DNA of 25,377 nucleotides from Clostridia bacterium. GTDB taxonomy: Bacteria > Bacillota > Clostridia > Christensenellales > UBA1242. Below the pieces are notes generated by a model, which was given only the letters and a program-made list of their open reading frames with translations, did no database searches and was not told the DNA's origin. The stretch lies in NCBI GenBank assembly GCA_016290255.1, contig JAEETG010000113.1, positions 1-25,377 of the forward strand, written 5' to 3'. Position numbers and translations under genes: made by a program. Positions 23,596 to 25,377 of the stretch are shown piece by piece; position 1 is the stretch's first letter; each line of letters begins with the position of its first letter.

Positions 23596-25377
23596 TTATA
23601 TCTTTTCAGCAACTTCCCAAGCACGCCACACAACAGTTCTTAGGTTTCCAACTTTTAGTGCGTCACCAACAATGTGAACATTCTTCCCTTTTTGAACAAG
23701 TGGGGCTGGTTTGTAACCAATGCAGGTTATTATGCTGTCTGTTTTGATTTTGATTGATTTGCCATCTTTATCTGAAATCAAACAAAAGCCGTCACCAATT
23801 TGAAGAAGTTTGCTCTCCAAATACACTGGCACTTTGTGCGCTTTGAAGTAGTCACGCAAATATGATGAGTTTGCAAGGCACAAGCCTGGCGCTTTCATCA
23901 AATCGTCTAGTGCCTCAACAATTGTTGGCTTTTTGCCTTTTAGGAACAAGTCATAGGCAATTTCACAACCAGTTAGGCCTCCACCAACAATCAAAACATT
24001 GTTGCCAACTGATTTGCCACTTAAATATTCAACTGCCTCAACACATTTTTCACTTCCTGGCATACGAAGTTTTTTAGGAACAGCACCAGTTGCAATCACA
24101 ATTTCGTCAGCGTCTAATGTTGAGATGTCAGTTATCTCTGTTTTATATTTCACATCAATCTTTAAGTCCTCAATTTGTTTTTGATACCATTTGATGAGCA
24201 TTTTGTCTTTCTCTTTGAAAGGCATGTTTGATGCTGGAATGAACACTCCACCAAGTTTGTTGGTCTTTTCATAGATTGTCACCTTGTGACCACGAAGAGT
24301 TGCAATTCGTGCAACCTCCATTCCACCAACTCCACCACCAATAACAGCAACTGTTTTTTGCTTCTTTGCTGGCTTTATGTCATATTTTCCGCCGTCCATT
24401 GTTGTTGGGTTAAGTGCACATCTTGCCATGTGTTTTGAGTCTTCCATTGTGGCATCACACGCAACACCTTTGTAGTGTGCCATTGGGAAACAACCGTTGT
24501 GGCAACAAATGCAAGGCAAAATATCTTCAAGTTTGTCTTCTTTTAATTTTGTAACCCAGTGGCTGTCTGCCAAGAATTGCCTTGCAACACCCATTGCATC
24601 AATTTCTTTTGCTTTGATTGCTTTTGCGGCAGTTTCTGGTTCCATTCTTCCAGCACAAATAACAGGAATGTTTGTGAACTTTTTGATGTGAGCAACATCA
24701 CTTAGGTTACAGTTTTGTGGCATATATGCTGGTGGGTGCGCCCAATACCAAGCATCATATGTTCCGTTGTCACAGTTAAGCATGTCATATCCTGCTTTCT
24801 CAAGATATTTAACCGCTTTTTCACTTTCTTTAAGCGTTCTGCCAACTTCTTTATATTTTTCATCTGGAACAGCACCGTCACAGAATCCTTTTGTTTTTGA
24901 AACAACACTATAACGAAGAGAAACAGGAAAATCTTGACCACAATATTCTTTGATTTTCTTTACAATATCTGTTGCGAACCTATAACGATTTTCAAAACTT
25001 CCACCATATTCATCTGTTCTTTGGTTGGTGTATGGAAGAGTGAACTGGTCTAGAAGATATCCTTCGTGAACTGCGTGAATTTCAACGCCGTCAACACCAG
25101 CTTCTTTTAGTTTCTTTGCAGTTTTTGCAAAAGCAAACACCATGTCTTCAATTTCTTTTTTGGTTACTTCCCTTGTTGTGTAGCCCTCAAGCCAACGAGA
25201 TGGAAGCCTGCTTGGTGCAGCACACAAACGCTCCAAGTCGATGATTGGCTTTAACATTTTGCACAAAAGTTTGTTTTTGATGATTCCTTTCATTGAGTTT
25301 GGAATTGAAAAAGAACGACCAAAACCAGCAGTTAGCTGAATGAACATTTTTGCTCCAGTTTTGTGGAACTCTTCCAT
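23596..25377 (-). CDS. NADH:flavin oxidoreductase (old yellow enzyme family, 2-enoate reductase-like, FMN/4Fe-4S/FAD); 5'-truncated by window edge
   Basis: IQLTAGFGR, DGVEIHAVHEGYLLDQF, NQRTDEYGGSFENR, CICCHNGC...C, two GGGxxG Rossmann motifs. Confidence 0.92.
   Translation of the reverse strand: MEEFHKTGAKMFIQLTAGFGRSFSIPNSMKGIIKNKLLCKMLKPIIDLERLCAAPSRLPSRWLEGYTTREVTKKEIEDMVFAFAKTAKKLKEAGVDGVEIHAVHEGYLLDQFTLPYTNQRTDEYGGSFENRYRFATDIVKKIKEYCGQDFPVSLRYSVVSKTKGFCDGAVPDEKYKEVGRTLKESEKAVKYLEKAGYDMLNCDNGTYDAWYWAHPPAYMPQNCNLSDVAHIKKFTNIPVICAGRMEPETAAKAIKAKEIDAMGVARQFLADSHWVTKLKEDKLEDILPCICCHNGCFPMAHYKGVACDATMEDSKHMARCALNPTTMDGGKYDIKPAKKQKTVAVIGGGVGGMEVARIATLRGHKVTIYEKTNKLGGVFIPASNMPFKEKDKMLIKWYQKQIEDLKIDVKYKTEITDISTLDADEIVIATGAVPKKLRMPGSEKCVEAVEYLSGKSVGNNVLIVGGGLTGCEIAYDLFLKGKKPTIVEALDDLMKAPGLCLANSSYLRDYFKAHKVPVYLESKLLQIGDGFCLISDKDGKSIKIKTDSIITCIGYKPAPLVQKGKNVHIVGDALKVGNLRTVVWRAWEVAEKI

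Noticed and set aside
23596-25377. Bilirubin reductase or bai gene call
   Set aside because: Has HEGY rather than the HGDR motif of BilR, and no bai operon genes are in view.
1-25377. Prophage, integrase, transposase or rRNA
   Set aside because: No recognisable motifs or structural genes in the window.

Overview
AT-rich bacterial chromosomal window. The gene content and sigma-A-type promoters suggest a low-GC Bacillota, probably an uncultured Clostridia-like lineage (inference). It holds about 27 CDS, mostly on the minus strand and mostly transcribed alone from their own near-consensus promoters with Rho-independent terminators. Recognisable genes: XRE regulator (partial), ferritin-like protein, BspA-type LRR lipoprotein, DUF4145, inositol monophosphatase, HD protein, PPC/DUF296, DEAD-box helicase, tmk, Sel1 protein, split aconitase X (DUF521+DUF126), HipA-like kinase, dut, flavodoxin, GNAT, HExxH protein and an enoate-reductase-like flavoprotein (partial). 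There are four tRNAs: Leu-TAG, Asn-GTT, Glu-TTC and Met-CAT. Most notable: (1) a 547-aa orphan with two HEPN-type RNxxxH motifs, coupled to tmk; (2) directly downstream of it, a 158-bp structured element after tRNA-Asn built from split inverted and direct copies of that tRNA's T-arm, bracketed by a 35-bp perfect repeat; (3) duplicated 3' ends or terminators at the Leu, Asn and Glu tRNA loci, two of which enclose integrase-less two-gene cassettes; (4) a ThyX-like protein with a degenerate active site; (5) an orphan HipA-like kinase. No CRISPR array, integrase or transposase is visible. All protein family calls come from motif recognition, not database searches. Several CDS starts were moved to the ATG behind a visible Shine-Dalgarno site.
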